Assembly (NCBI GenBank): GCA_964016885.1
Contig: OZ024740.1
Coordinates: forward strand, 120,528,001 to 120,592,000
Direction: 5' to 3'
Length of the DNA stretch: 64,000 nucleotides
Origin: Eledone cirrhosa
Lineage: Eukaryota
The notes under the pieces are model-generated. The model searched no databases. It saw nothing but the letters and a program-made list of their open reading frames with translations, and had not been told where the DNA came from. The position numbers and the translations under genes are program-made. Of the stretch, positions 49,533-61,555 are shown piece by piece. The first letter of the stretch is position 1, and each line of letters starts with the position of its first letter.

Positions 49533-50205
49533 CATGTAAACTTTCATATCTGAAGAAGTGTTATTAAGAGTCGAGATCTGATCACCTGATCAAACCGAAA
49601 CTGATCGATAGCGAAATAATTGTAATATGCAAAAAAGTTTCATAGCAAGCTGAAAATCTGACTTCTTATTGTCACTCTCTCTCTCTAAATATATACTTAT
49701 GTATGTATATGTAACTTCAATAGCTTGCTCTATACTCCTTACACTTGAGTAAAAATTAGTCTGGGAGGGACTGTTGTTTCTAGTAATCCTGTTATTTTAC
49801 AATCACTCATATCTTGCTACCCTTCTTGTTAACAGCTTGCCAAATGGTATTATTCCCATTAAAAAATATCACCAGTAGCGGCCACTTGAAATTTTTTCGT
49901 GAATTCAGAACGTCTCCTGAAGAACCAGTGATGTCCCCAAGCTGAGGATATTCTAACTTATTGAAACTGTAGTTGGGACCTCGAAGTAAATTAAATAACT
50001 TTTTATCTTGTTTGCTTTTATCACTTATGAACTTATATATATATAGATAGATAGATAGAAAGAGAGAGAGTGACAATAAGAAGTCAGATTTGCAGTTTGT
50101 TATGAAACGTTATTGTACATTACAATTGTTTCGATATCGATCGGCTCAGATTTGATCAGATCCCAACTCTTAATCGACAACTCTTCTGATATGCAAGTTT
50201 ACATG
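49533..50205. repeat. Two diverged ~150-bp copies of an HHR-bearing repeat in convergent orientation
   Basis: 49533-49685 versus the reverse complement of 50061-50205 (aaatctgacttcttattgtcactctctct; catgtaaactt). Confidence 0.8.
49545..49629 (+). ncRNA. Hammerhead motif with extended stem II/loop
   Basis: catat CTGAAGA [56 nt] GAAA taattGTA atatg, with a perfect 5-bp stem I. The second copy has the palindromic GAAA caattgta. Confidence 0.6.
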
Positions 50206-50220
50206 GGTGGTCCCAAACTC

Positions 50221-50269
<49 letters not shown>

Positions 50270-51749
50270 GAATAATTTTATATCCATTTTTCCATGTTTG
50301 CCTATGTATGTATACATATATTCACATACATGTGTAAATATATATGCCCACACCTAAATGTGTGTGTCTGCAAACACAAATATACATAGATATACGTTAT
50401 AAGCAACATCATTATTGGAGAAACATGTAGTAAATAACAATTCTTAATACTACTTAATTTGATTGATTAGGAGAGAGTAGATATTTCATCAATATAACAA
50501 GGCCATAAGACATCTCATTTCACTTAATTTGTTTTTTAAGTTAATTTTTCTATTTCTTTTCGATAAAGATATTTTGTGTTTAGCTTTGTAATCAAACTAT
50601 TTAAAGAAGTTACGAAACTTAACATTGGGAGAGTAAATAAATAGAAAAAATATTGATGATGATGATGGTGATAATGATGATGACAAAAAAAAAGATGGAA
50701 TGAAATGAAATATATTATTTAGAATGAAATTATTTAGAATGAAAAATGATGGAAACAGAGTAGAAATAACACATCAATAAGATAATGGGGAAACAGGAAG
50801 AAAGGCTATGGCAGGGAGTAATGTGATAAATTAAGCTAATGAATCAGAAGATTTTAATCTGAAGGTTCTTTTATTATTATTGTTATTATTATTTATTTAT
50901 TTATCTTCTCATTTTTCTTTTGTAATTTCTTTTGTTTTCACTTTTTATTTCAACTTCGTTAGTGATTTTCAGTTCATGTCTCGTGGTACGTATTTATCTA
51001 TTATTTTAAAATTTATTTTAAATCCTTCACACATATATATATATATATATATATATACAGAAAATATTAAAAAAATAGATTAATCGTGGAAGATATGTTT
51101 GTATTTTTTAAAAATTATTTTTTATATTTTTGTTAATTTTATAACTTTTGTATTATTTTATGATATATTTCTCTTAACATATTTTTTTTTTCACATTTTT
51201 TTGCTTGAATTTTCTCTGCTGCAAGACAACATTTCCTTTCAATAAACACATCTCAAGAGAAACAGAAAGAAAGAAAGATTACAATAAAAGAAGAAAGAGG
51301 GAAAGAAAAAAAAAGAAAGAAATCTAAGCACACAGATATAAAAGAGAAAGAGCAAGGAGGAAAAAAGAAAGAAAAAAGAAAAGTTACAGAAATCTGGAAA
51401 AGAAAAAAGGAAAACATCAAATAAATATATGATGATAAAATATAAAATATTTTTCAGATCTATGTTTCAAATATAATGAAATTATAGAGTATTAAATTCC
51501 TTTTCTTTCTAAATAATGATACATTTTCATATGATCCAATTGATTACACTGCCTCCCCTATAAACCCGACGAGATATTTATTGTTACTTTCACAAGATTT
51601 GCAAGCGTATTATCAATTTCAAAGAAATGCAATCGTCTTCATTATTCCATTTTCACCAAACTAGCAATATTAGCGAGGAGAAAAAAAAATAAAAGAAACT
51701 AGAAAGAATTTTGGAAGGAAGAAAATGGAGGGAAAATAAAATAACGAAT

Positions 51750-52216
51750 TTTATATATGTATCTATATATATACATACATTATTGCATACACACACACAT
51801 ATATGTACATACACATACATATATATACACATACAAATATATAAATATATATACACACACACATACATGTGAATATGTGCATATGTATGTATGTATATAT
51901 ATATACATATATGTATGAGCATATATATGTATGTGTATATATATATGTATATATATATGTATGAGCATATATATGTATGTGTATATATATATGTATATAT
52001 ATATATATATGTATGTGCATATGTATGTGTATATATATGTATGTGCATATATATGTATATATATATGTGCATATATGTGTATATGTATATATATGTATGT
52101 GTATATGTATGTGTATATATGAATATACATATATATAAGTATGTGTATGTATGTGTATATGTATATATATATATATATAAGTATATGTATATATATGTAT
52201 ATATATATACATATAT

Positions 52217-52253
<37 letters not shown>

Positions 52254-52408
52254 CATTTACACACATACATATACATATATATATATATATACGTATATAT
52301 ACACATACATACATATGCACATACATATATATATATATATATATACACATACATATATATGCACATACATATATATGCACATACATATACATATATACGC
52401 ATACAAAT

Positions 52409-52451
<43 letters not shown>

Positions 52452-52810
52452 TATGCACGTATATATGCACATACATATATATACACATACATATGCACAT
52501 ACATATATATACACATACATATGCACATACATATATATATATATATATACATATATATACACATACATAACCACATACATACATATGCACAATACACATA
52601 CATATATATGCACATACATATATATATATATACATATATATATACATACATATAAATACATATACATATATATGCACATACATATATATACATATATATA
52701 TATACACATATATATACACATACATATATATATGCACATACATATATATATATGCACATACATATATATATATATACATACATACATATGCTCATAGATA
52801 CATATGCACA
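51750..52810. repeat. Complex (TA/TG/CA)n microsatellite
   Basis: Direct inspection: TG-rich left half, CA-rich right half. Confidence 0.95.
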
Positions 52811-53700
52811 TATCATTTTTATTATCGTAGTGGACTATTGTATGCACCTTGCACTGGAGAAACACCAGGACTCTGGCTTTACTATAACACCGGCTCAGAG
52901 CAGGAGAGTTGGGGCAAAAAAGATATCGGATGCCAAATTTGCCGACGACATAGTTTTGGTGACAAATACAGTGAAGGAGGCAGAGGATTTGAAGCAGGAG
53001 GTTGAGACTGTGTCGATGAGTGTGACGCTGAGAATGAATGAGACTAAAAAAAAATATCTGGTAGAGAATTTTGAGAAGCCAGAGGGCATCACTAATGTAG
53101 GTGGGAAGCCGCTAGAATTGGTTGGGACTTCTTATATACGGGAGCAAAGATTGGGAATAAGGAAGATGATGTGGTTGAGAAGAAGAGCAAATCCTGGGCA
53201 GTGTGCCACAGCTTGAGATCGGTGTGGAAGTTGGACCTTCGTAAAATCCTGAAAATCCGCCTCTTCATTGCTGTAGTGGAGTCTGCGCGGCTGTACTGGT
53301 CTGAGACTTGGACACTCACCAAGAAACTCATTCAGATGGTGGATGGGTGCTACACGAGAATGCTGAGGATGGCTCTGAACATTAATCAGTATACAGTGAG
53401 GATAAAAAACTCAGAGCTGTATGGGAGCCTCCCAAAAGTCGGCTCAAAGGTGACACAGAGGAGACTGAGGTTAGCTGGAGATGCTCACCGACATCCATAG
53501 TTGACATTGCATTCAGTGCTCCTGTGGGAGCGCCTACATGGACACACTGGAAGAGGAAGACCAAGGTTAACGTATGTTGATGCCCTAAGGACAGACACTG
53601 GTCTGTTGGAGGCGCAGGACATGGCAGTGATGATGAGGGACAGAGACCACTGGGGAGAACTCGTCCATGGATCTCGGCAATTTTACACGCCCTAGATAGA
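52810..53700 (+). mobile_element. 5'-truncated RTE-like LINE of a third family (no PHD insert), frameshifted
   Basis: FIIVVDYCM...[11 protein letters not shown]...[56 protein letters not shown]. Embedded in TA-rich simple repeats. Confidence 0.88.
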
Positions 53701-54018
53701 TATATACACATACATATATATGGACATACATATATATATATGCACATACATACATATGCATGTGTATATATATATATACATTTCTACATATACTTATACA
53801 CACATATATATATATATTATGTGTATATATATATATATATACATTTCTACATATACTTATACATACATATATATAAATATTATGTATATATATATGTATA
53901 TATATACATTTCTAGATATACTTATACACACATATATATAAATATTATGTATATATATATATATATATATATACATATACATTTCTAGATATACTTATAC
54001 ACACATATATATGTATAT

Positions 54019-54065
<47 letters not shown>

Positions 54066-54118
54066 CTAGATATACTTATACACACATATATATATATATT
54101 ATGTGTATATATATATTA

Positions 54119-54151
<33 letters not shown>

Positions 54152-54214
54152 TTCTAGATATACTTATACACACATATATATATATATTATGTGTATATAT
54201 ATATTATCTATATA

Positions 54215-55840
54215 AGCCATGTATAAAGAAACAGTCAGCAAGGTTTGAATTAACAACGAATATAGTGAAGAGTTTAGTGTAAAAGTTGGTGTTCATCAGG
54301 GCTCTGTTCTTAGCCCCCTACTATTTATTATTGCCCTTCAGGCTATAACAGTGGAGTTCAAGACCGGCTGCCCATGGGAACTCCTATACGCAGATGATCT
54401 AACGCTCATAGCTGAATCAATGGCCGAGCTAGAGAAGAAATTCCAAACATGGAAGCACGACCTAGAATCATAAGGCCTTAAAATTAACCTGGCTAAGACT
54501 AAAGTTCTAGTTTGTAGGAAAGAAAATAAGGCGCCGGTCCCTTCCGGGAAATGGCCTTGCTCAGTGTGTAGGAAAGGCGTAGGTAGAAACTCCATTTTAT
54601 GTCCCATATGCAAAGTATGGGTGCATAAAAGATGTAGTGGGATCACAGGTAAGCTAACTAAGAACATAGATTTTACATGTGGCCGGTGCTCTGGTGCAAT
54701 AAGTAGCAGCAAGTGCCCACAAAAATACTAGCTCTTTCAATTGCGCAGAGGGTTCTATAGAAATAGTGGACAGCTTCCGTTACCTGGGTGACAAAATCAG
54801 CAGTGGGGGAGGGTGCTCTGAAAGTACAGTAGCTAGAGTCAGAACTGGATGGATAAAGTTCAGAGAGCTTATACCACTATTAGCCGCTAAAGGGTTCTCC
54901 CTAAAAATGAAAGGCAGGTTTGTAATGATGCCTGCATACGAACAGCAATGTTGCATGGCAGTGAGACCTGGGCATTATGTGCAGAGGATATACGCAGACT
55001 AGAGAGGAACGAAGCTTGCATGCCCCGCTGGATGTGTAATAGTAATATAGGTGAACGGCAAAGCATAAACGAACTAAGGAAAAAATTAGAAATAAGAGGG
55101 ATCAGATGTTGTTTACTCGAGAGAAGGCTACGTTGGTATGGTCACGTGTTGCGCATGAAAGACGACAGCTGTATAACAAAGTGCAGGGCAATAAAGATAG
55201 ATGGTAGCCACGGAGTAGGCAGACCCAGGAAAACCTGGGACGAGCTGATAAATTTTTAACCTCACACACTTACACCTCTCCAAGACAATGTCACTGGACC
55301 AAGACCTTTGGCGGTACTCAGTAACAGAGAAGACCCGCCTTACCCAAATACAAAGTAAAACCTACTAGTCAGTAGGCATCTCTAACAAAATAAACCCCCG
55401 TCCCTCCCCATCCACACCGCCCCCTTCAATGCAAAGTTATGTTGGTGCCACAACATCCAGGCCGAAACAAATGAGATCGTGTAGGTGTTACGACAAAAAA
55501 CACACAGTCCACGCTGTAATGTGGCCGTGTAGGCAACACGGTAAAAACCTCCCAGTCCCACACTGTAAATGGGGTTGGTGTTAGGAAGGGCATCCAGCTG
55601 TAGAAAACACGCCAGACAGTCCACGCTGTAATGTGGCTGTGTAGGCAACACGGTAAAAACCTCCCAGCCCCACACTGTAAATGTGGTTGGTGTTAGGAAG
55701 GGCATCCATCTGTAGATAACCCGCCAGACAGTTCTATGCGAGCAAGACAACCACTCTTGCCTCAAGTGGGAAAACCCCCGTCCAAACCCATGCAAGCGTG
55801 GAACAGGGACGTTAAACGATGATGATGATGATGATGATGA
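54215..55840 (+). mobile_element. 5'-truncated RTE subfamily B LINE (disrupted RT, PHD finger, ~480-bp 3' UTR)
   Basis: GVHQGSVLSPLLF, WELLYADD, WPCSVC...CPIC..WVHKRC...CGRC, FRYLG, RRLRWYGHV. Stops and frameshifts; (GAT)n tail; 112-bp tandem duplication in the UTR (55505/55617). Confidence 0.93.
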
Positions 55841-55859
55841 TATATATATTATGTATATA

Positions 55860-55898
<39 letters not shown>

Positions 55899-56005
55899 GT
55901 ATATATATATATATATTATGTATATATATATATTATGTATATATATATATTATGTATATATAAATATTATGTATATATAAATATTATGTATATATAAATA
56001 TTATG

Positions 56006-56039
<34 letters not shown>

Positions 56040-56053
56040 ATATATATATTATG

Positions 56054-56087
<34 letters not shown>

Positions 56088-57016
56088 ATATATATTATGT
56101 ATATATATATATATATATTATGTACATTTATATATATATATTATGTATATATATATATATATATATTATGTATATATATATATATATTATGTATATATAT
56201 ATATATATTATGTATATATATATACATATATATATATGTGTGTATATATATATATATATATTATGTTTATATATATATATATTATGTACATATATATATA
56301 TATTATGTACATATATATATATTATGTATATATATATATTATGTATATAGAATAAGTAGTATATATATATATATATTATGTATATATATATATATATTAT
56401 GTATATATATATAGTTTATGTATATATATATATATATATTATGTGTATATATATATATTTTGTATATATATATATATTTTGTATATATATATATATTTTG
56501 TATATATATATATATATTATGTATATATATATATATATTATGTATATAGAATAAGTAGTATATATATATATTATGTATATATATATAGTTTATGTATATA
56601 TATATATATATATTATGTATATATATATATAGTTTATGTATATATATATATATTATGTATATATATATATATTATGTATATATATATATATTATGTATAT
56701 AGAATAAGTAGTATATATATATTATGTATATATATATATAGTTTATGTATATATATATATATATTATGTATATATATATATAGTTTATGTATATATATAT
56801 ATATTATGTATATATATATATATTGTATATATATATATATATTATGTAAATATATATATATTATGTATATATATATATATTATGTATATATATATATTAT
56901 GTATGTATATATATATATATTATGTATATATATATATATATTATGTATGTATATATATATATATTATGTATGTATATATATATATATTATGTATATATAT
57001 ATACATATATATATAT

Positions 57017-57062
<46 letters not shown>

Positions 57063-57144
57063 TATATATATTATGTATATATAATATATATATAATACAT
57101 ATATATATATATATATTATGTATATATAATATATATATATTATG

Positions 57145-57175
<31 letters not shown>

Positions 57176-57247
57176 TATGTATATATAATATATATATATA
57201 TATTATGTATATATAATATATATATATATATATATATTTATATTATG

Positions 57248-57304
<57 letters not shown>

Positions 57305-57306
57305 GC

Positions 57307-57370
<64 letters not shown>

Positions 57371-57371
57371 G

Positions 57372-57441
<70 letters not shown>

Positions 57442-57465
57442 ATATATATATATTTATATATATTA
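55841..57465. repeat. ~1.6-kb (TA)n array punctuated by TTATG
   Basis: Direct inspection. A related array at 53700-54210 has a catttctagatatacttatac higher-order unit. Confidence 0.95.
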
Positions 57466-58632
57466 TGTGACCTTCGCGTCACTGAGGCCCTGGAAATACT
57501 CTACGCCACAGACCACATCTTAACCAAAAATCTGATGCAATTTCGTCTTGTAAACTTTCCTGTATTACAGCCCCACATTATACCCTAACGGATAGTACGA
57601 TCTATACGCGGATTTTTAACGTCTTGATGTGGTAGCTAAGTATATGTTATGTTTATACCATTACTTATTTGTATAGGTAAGTATATATTACCTGTATGTT
57701 TTATGAAGGTACGTATACTTTCTCGTACGTATATTTTATTGTATATGTTATGTCTTATACTTTATGTATTCTGGTACATATGCTTTTGGTTATGTGTATA
57801 ACTGAGTTTTGCGTCTACGTGAGTATGCGGCTTCGTACGTTTGTAGGGTGTGTGTATATGTGTACTTCGTGTTTTGGTTGACCTACGTCTCCGAACATAT
57901 GTGTATTTACATGTAGGTATGTGTGTGTGCGTGTTATATACGTACTTATTTATTTATATACGTTTATTTAATTATTTGTATACACGCACACACACACACA
58001 TATTTATATGTGCGTGTATTTGTATACCTATGGCGATTGTTTTCGCGTATGCTTGTGTATGTATTTATTTAATTTTAATTCCCTCTGTATTTTATTTACT
58101 TTATTCTTAACTCTGAAGCCGAGAATCATTCGGTTTCTTAGTTAGAATTTTAGTCTACGACTTCAGTTATACCATTTACGTGGTTTTGTCTTTGCGTGCA
58201 ATTGTTCTCCACATATGTCGTGTTTTCCGTTCATTGCCAGAGAACGTCTTTATGAACCACCTAATAGAATATTAGTCTACGACTTCTTTTATACCATAAA
58301 CGTGGTTTTACTTTGCGTGTAATTGTTTTTCATCGCACCAAATAATTGTTTCTACTTTAGGCACAAGGCCAGCAAATACTCAGTGCATTACTGGTACTTT
58401 ATTTTATCGACCCCGTAAGGATGAAAGGCAAAGTCAACCTCGGCGGGATTTGAACTCAGATTGTAAAGGGACGTAACTCTGCTGGAAAGCATGGCGTCCG
58501 ACCCTCTACCGATACTGCCAATCCACCGCACCAAATAATGACGTTTTAAATTCGTTTTTTTACCGTTCTTTGCCAGGGAACGTTTCGAGTAATCAAAGTT
58601 TCGTCTTCCTATATTCCTCCGGTTGCAACGTT
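57466..58632 (+). mobile_element. PLE fragment 4 (PLE3 family): last endonuclease codons + 3' UTR
   Basis: tgtgaccttcgcgtcactgaggccctggaaatactc... translates to [19 protein letters not shown] then KKSDAISSCK after a frameshift, homologous to PLE1 CNLCILETHNIIF..LLNKKSEVFATC. 58082-58632 matches 42991-43365. Confidence 0.82.
58347..58528 (-). mobile_element. tRNA-derived SINE (4059 family) inserted into the PLE4 3' UTR, with TSD
   Basis: Reverse complement of the SINE. TSD caccaaataat at 58336-58346 and 58529-58539. The empty site is visible in PLE3 (ccgctccaaataatgacg). Confidence 0.93.
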
Positions 58633-58869
58633 TATATATTATGTTTATATATATATATATTATGTATCACCACACCACCACCACCATAACCATGTCCACA
58701 ACACACATCGCCGTACGTCCATAAACGCTTCTCCCCCGCGTTCCCCATGTCACCTTTTAACCGGTATTTGATCCGGTATATATATTTTTGTCACTCACAC
58801 CACCACCACAAAACACAACTCCATACTTCATCAACAACGACAACACATACCTCCACTCCCCAACCAACA

Positions 58870-59560
58870 ATAGTGTGTGTCTGTGTGTAAGTATTTTGAC
58901 ACATACGGGCGTATAAGTGTGCGTGCGTGTACGCATAGTTATATGTATGTGTGTGTGTATATGAACACGTGTATACATATGTGTATGTGTGTGTGTGTAT
59001 ATATATCTGTATATATATGTGTATGCGTGTGTGTATGTGTGTGTGGACATGTATGTGTATGTATGTGTGTATATGTGTACGTCTACATATATGTATATGG
59101 GTGAATCTGACTATGTGTAGGTGAGCTCATGTATGTGCATGTATGTGTATATGTGCGTGTATGTGTGTGTTGTCTGTACATGTGTGTGTATATATATATA
59201 TGTGTGTGAGTATACGTGTGTGTGAGTGTGTATGTGTATATTCTGTATACGTGAGTGTGAGTCCATGTGCCCATACCCATATGTGTGTATAGGTATATGT
59301 ATGTGTATGTATATATGTAAAACACCTACATTGCTTCTCACATTACCCCCATCTCTGTCGTTCGCCACCCCACCGATACTCCCCCACTCTCCATATTCGT
59401 GCCCGCATGCGCGCATGTATGTACATATACATATGGCTGTGTGTGAGCGTGTGTCGATATGTGTGGGCAAGGATGTGCGTATGTGTTTTGTGGTGGGTGG
59501 GTTTATACAACAATATGTGTGCACATATATACATATATGTGTGTGCGTATACATATATAC
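58870..59560. repeat. (TG/TA)n simple-repeat region
   Basis: Direct inspection. Confidence 0.85.
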
Positions 59561-60100
59561 AAAGTATCTGTCAGATGAAGAGCGTCTAGCTATGTATCTA
59601 GGTAAGGACCTTGACGCCACCAATACATCCACCACACCACCACAAACGCTGCTACACCACACCACAGCCCATCTCATCCACCGACCGTCACCAACATCTC
59701 ACCATTACACCCACCCCCATATACACTACAGGCCAGTACATCGCCTTGATCCTTCCCACCAATCAAAATAACTCATTTTGTCAAACTCTTGAATCTCTGA
59801 CTTTACCACATAGCATGTATTTCATTTTCTTATAGCATTTTAAGAGGGTCCGTCGAGCTGCGGATTATTGAGTCGGGTAGGATCGATATAGATCGAACCT
59901 TGAGCTGATCAGAGGCGAAACGCGCATCACCTATCAATAAATGCAATGAAGGAATAATCAATCGTCCTTTTTATCCTTTCCATATATTACACTCTGTATA
60001 GCTCTACACCTCATCACAGAAGTGAACCTAAACATCGAGTGCTCTCCCGGGTGAACCTGCAGTAACTCCTAGTTACACCCCCTGGATATATATATATATA

Positions 60101-60320
60101 TATTAAAATAACAGATTAAAGTTTAAGCAAAGAATTGCTGCTTTCACCCTTAATGGGATCTGCTGAAATGTTAAGGGTGAAAGCAGCAATTCTTTGCTTA
60201 AAATTCAATCTGTTATTTTAATAAATATCTGCTCTATGGTTTTATAAATTTTTATATATATATTATCCTTATCGAGCCCTCTTCAGATTTTAGTCCTCAC
60301 ATTTATTATTATTATTATAT
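60101..60320. mobile_element. Short fold-back of the PLE3-family terminus with one-sided tail
   Basis: tattaaaataacagattaaagtttaagcaaagaattgctgctttcacccttaa (60101-60153) versus ttaagggtgaaagcagcaattctttgctta...tttaata (60171-60223), then a tail matching 43645-43733. Confidence 0.85.
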
Positions 60321-60324
60321 ATAT

Positions 60325-60476
60325 GCTTTGCAGCACAGTTACTTCCCTTTACGGATTGATTTCAAATCCCGCCGAGGTTAACTTGGCCTTTCATCCTTAC
60401 GGGGTCGATAAAATAAAGTACCAGTAATACACTGGGATAATTGCTGGCCTTGTGCAAAAAGTAGAAACAATTATTA
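60325..60476 (+). mobile_element. 5'-truncated SINE (4059 family)
   Basis: gctttgcagcacagttacttccc...ttcaaatcccgccgagg...gtagaaacaattatt. Confidence 0.88.
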
Positions 60477-60488
60477 TATATATATAGG

Positions 60489-60652
60489 TAACATGGTAAA
60501 AACCTCCCAGTCCACACTGTAAATGTGGTTGGTGTTAGGAAGGGCATCCAGCCGTAGAAAACCTGCCAGACAGTCCTATATGAGCGAGATGACCAATCTT
60601 GCCTCAAGTGGGACAATTCCCATCTAAACCCATGCTAGCATGTTAAACGATG
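60489..60652 (+). mobile_element. RTE subfamily B 3' UTR end
   Basis: gtaacatggtaaaaacctcccagtccacactgtaaatgtggttggtgttagg...acccatgctagcatgttaaacgat. Confidence 0.8.
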
Positions 60653-60659
60653 GTGTATA

Positions 60660-61555
60660 GTAAAAGTGTTGATGAGTAGAAAAGAGGACAAAACTCTGAT
60701 TCCGTCAGGGAAATGGCCATGTTCGATATGCTGAAAAGGAACTGGCATAAATTCTATAAAAGGCACACAATGCAGATTCTGGGTACACAAGAGATGTAGT
60801 GGGATAGCAGGCAAACTAACAGGTAGGGAGAAATACGTATGCAGTAGATGTACAGGGAAATTAGACAGTAGAAGTCGCATTGATAGACACATTTTTCAAA
60901 TGCAGGCGGGTGCTATAGAAGTGGTGGATAGCTTCCAGTACCTAGGAGATCAGATTAGCATGAGAGAGGGGTGTTCCAAGGCCATAGTATCTAGAATAAG
61001 GATGGGTTGGAAGAAGTTTAGGGAGCTGCCTCCTCTGCTGACGAAGAAGGGTTTCTTCCTGCGTACGAAAGGCCGGTTATATGATGCCTGTGTGAGGAGC
61101 GCGATGCTGCATAGTAGTGAGACATAGGCAGTAACTGCAGAGGATATGCGATGGCTGGAGAGAAATGAGGCAAGCATGCTCCATTGAATGTGCAATGTCA
61201 ATGTTCATGAACGATAGAGCATGAATGTGTTGAGAGAGAAAATGTGTCTGAGAGGGATAGAATTTAGTGTGCGAGAGAGGAGACTGCGGTGGTATGGACA
61301 TGTGATGCGCATGGAGGATGACCGGTGGGTGAAGAAGTGCCAGGAAATGCCGGTTGAAGGAAGACGTGGTAGAGGTAGACCACGAAAAACATGGGCGGAG
61401 GTGGTGAGAACAGACCTCATATCACTGAAGCTCACTGTGGAGATGACGAAGGACTGTGACAAGTGGAGAGATGCTGTGCTGAATAAGACCCGTCCCACCC
61501 TTGCAAGCAGGGAAAAGTGGACGTAAAATGATGATGATGATGATGATGACGATGA
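60660..61555 (+). mobile_element. 5'-truncated RTE subfamily A copy (stops), close to 7645-8530
   Basis: High visual identity to the reverse complement of 7645-8530, including the PHD region. In-frame stops; (GAT)n tail. Confidence 0.93.

Noticed and set aside
51653-57256. Long ORFs rich in Y/I/C/V/M/H/T (up to 387 aa)
   Set aside because: Translations of TA/TG/CA microsatellites that lack stop codons by composition; not genes.
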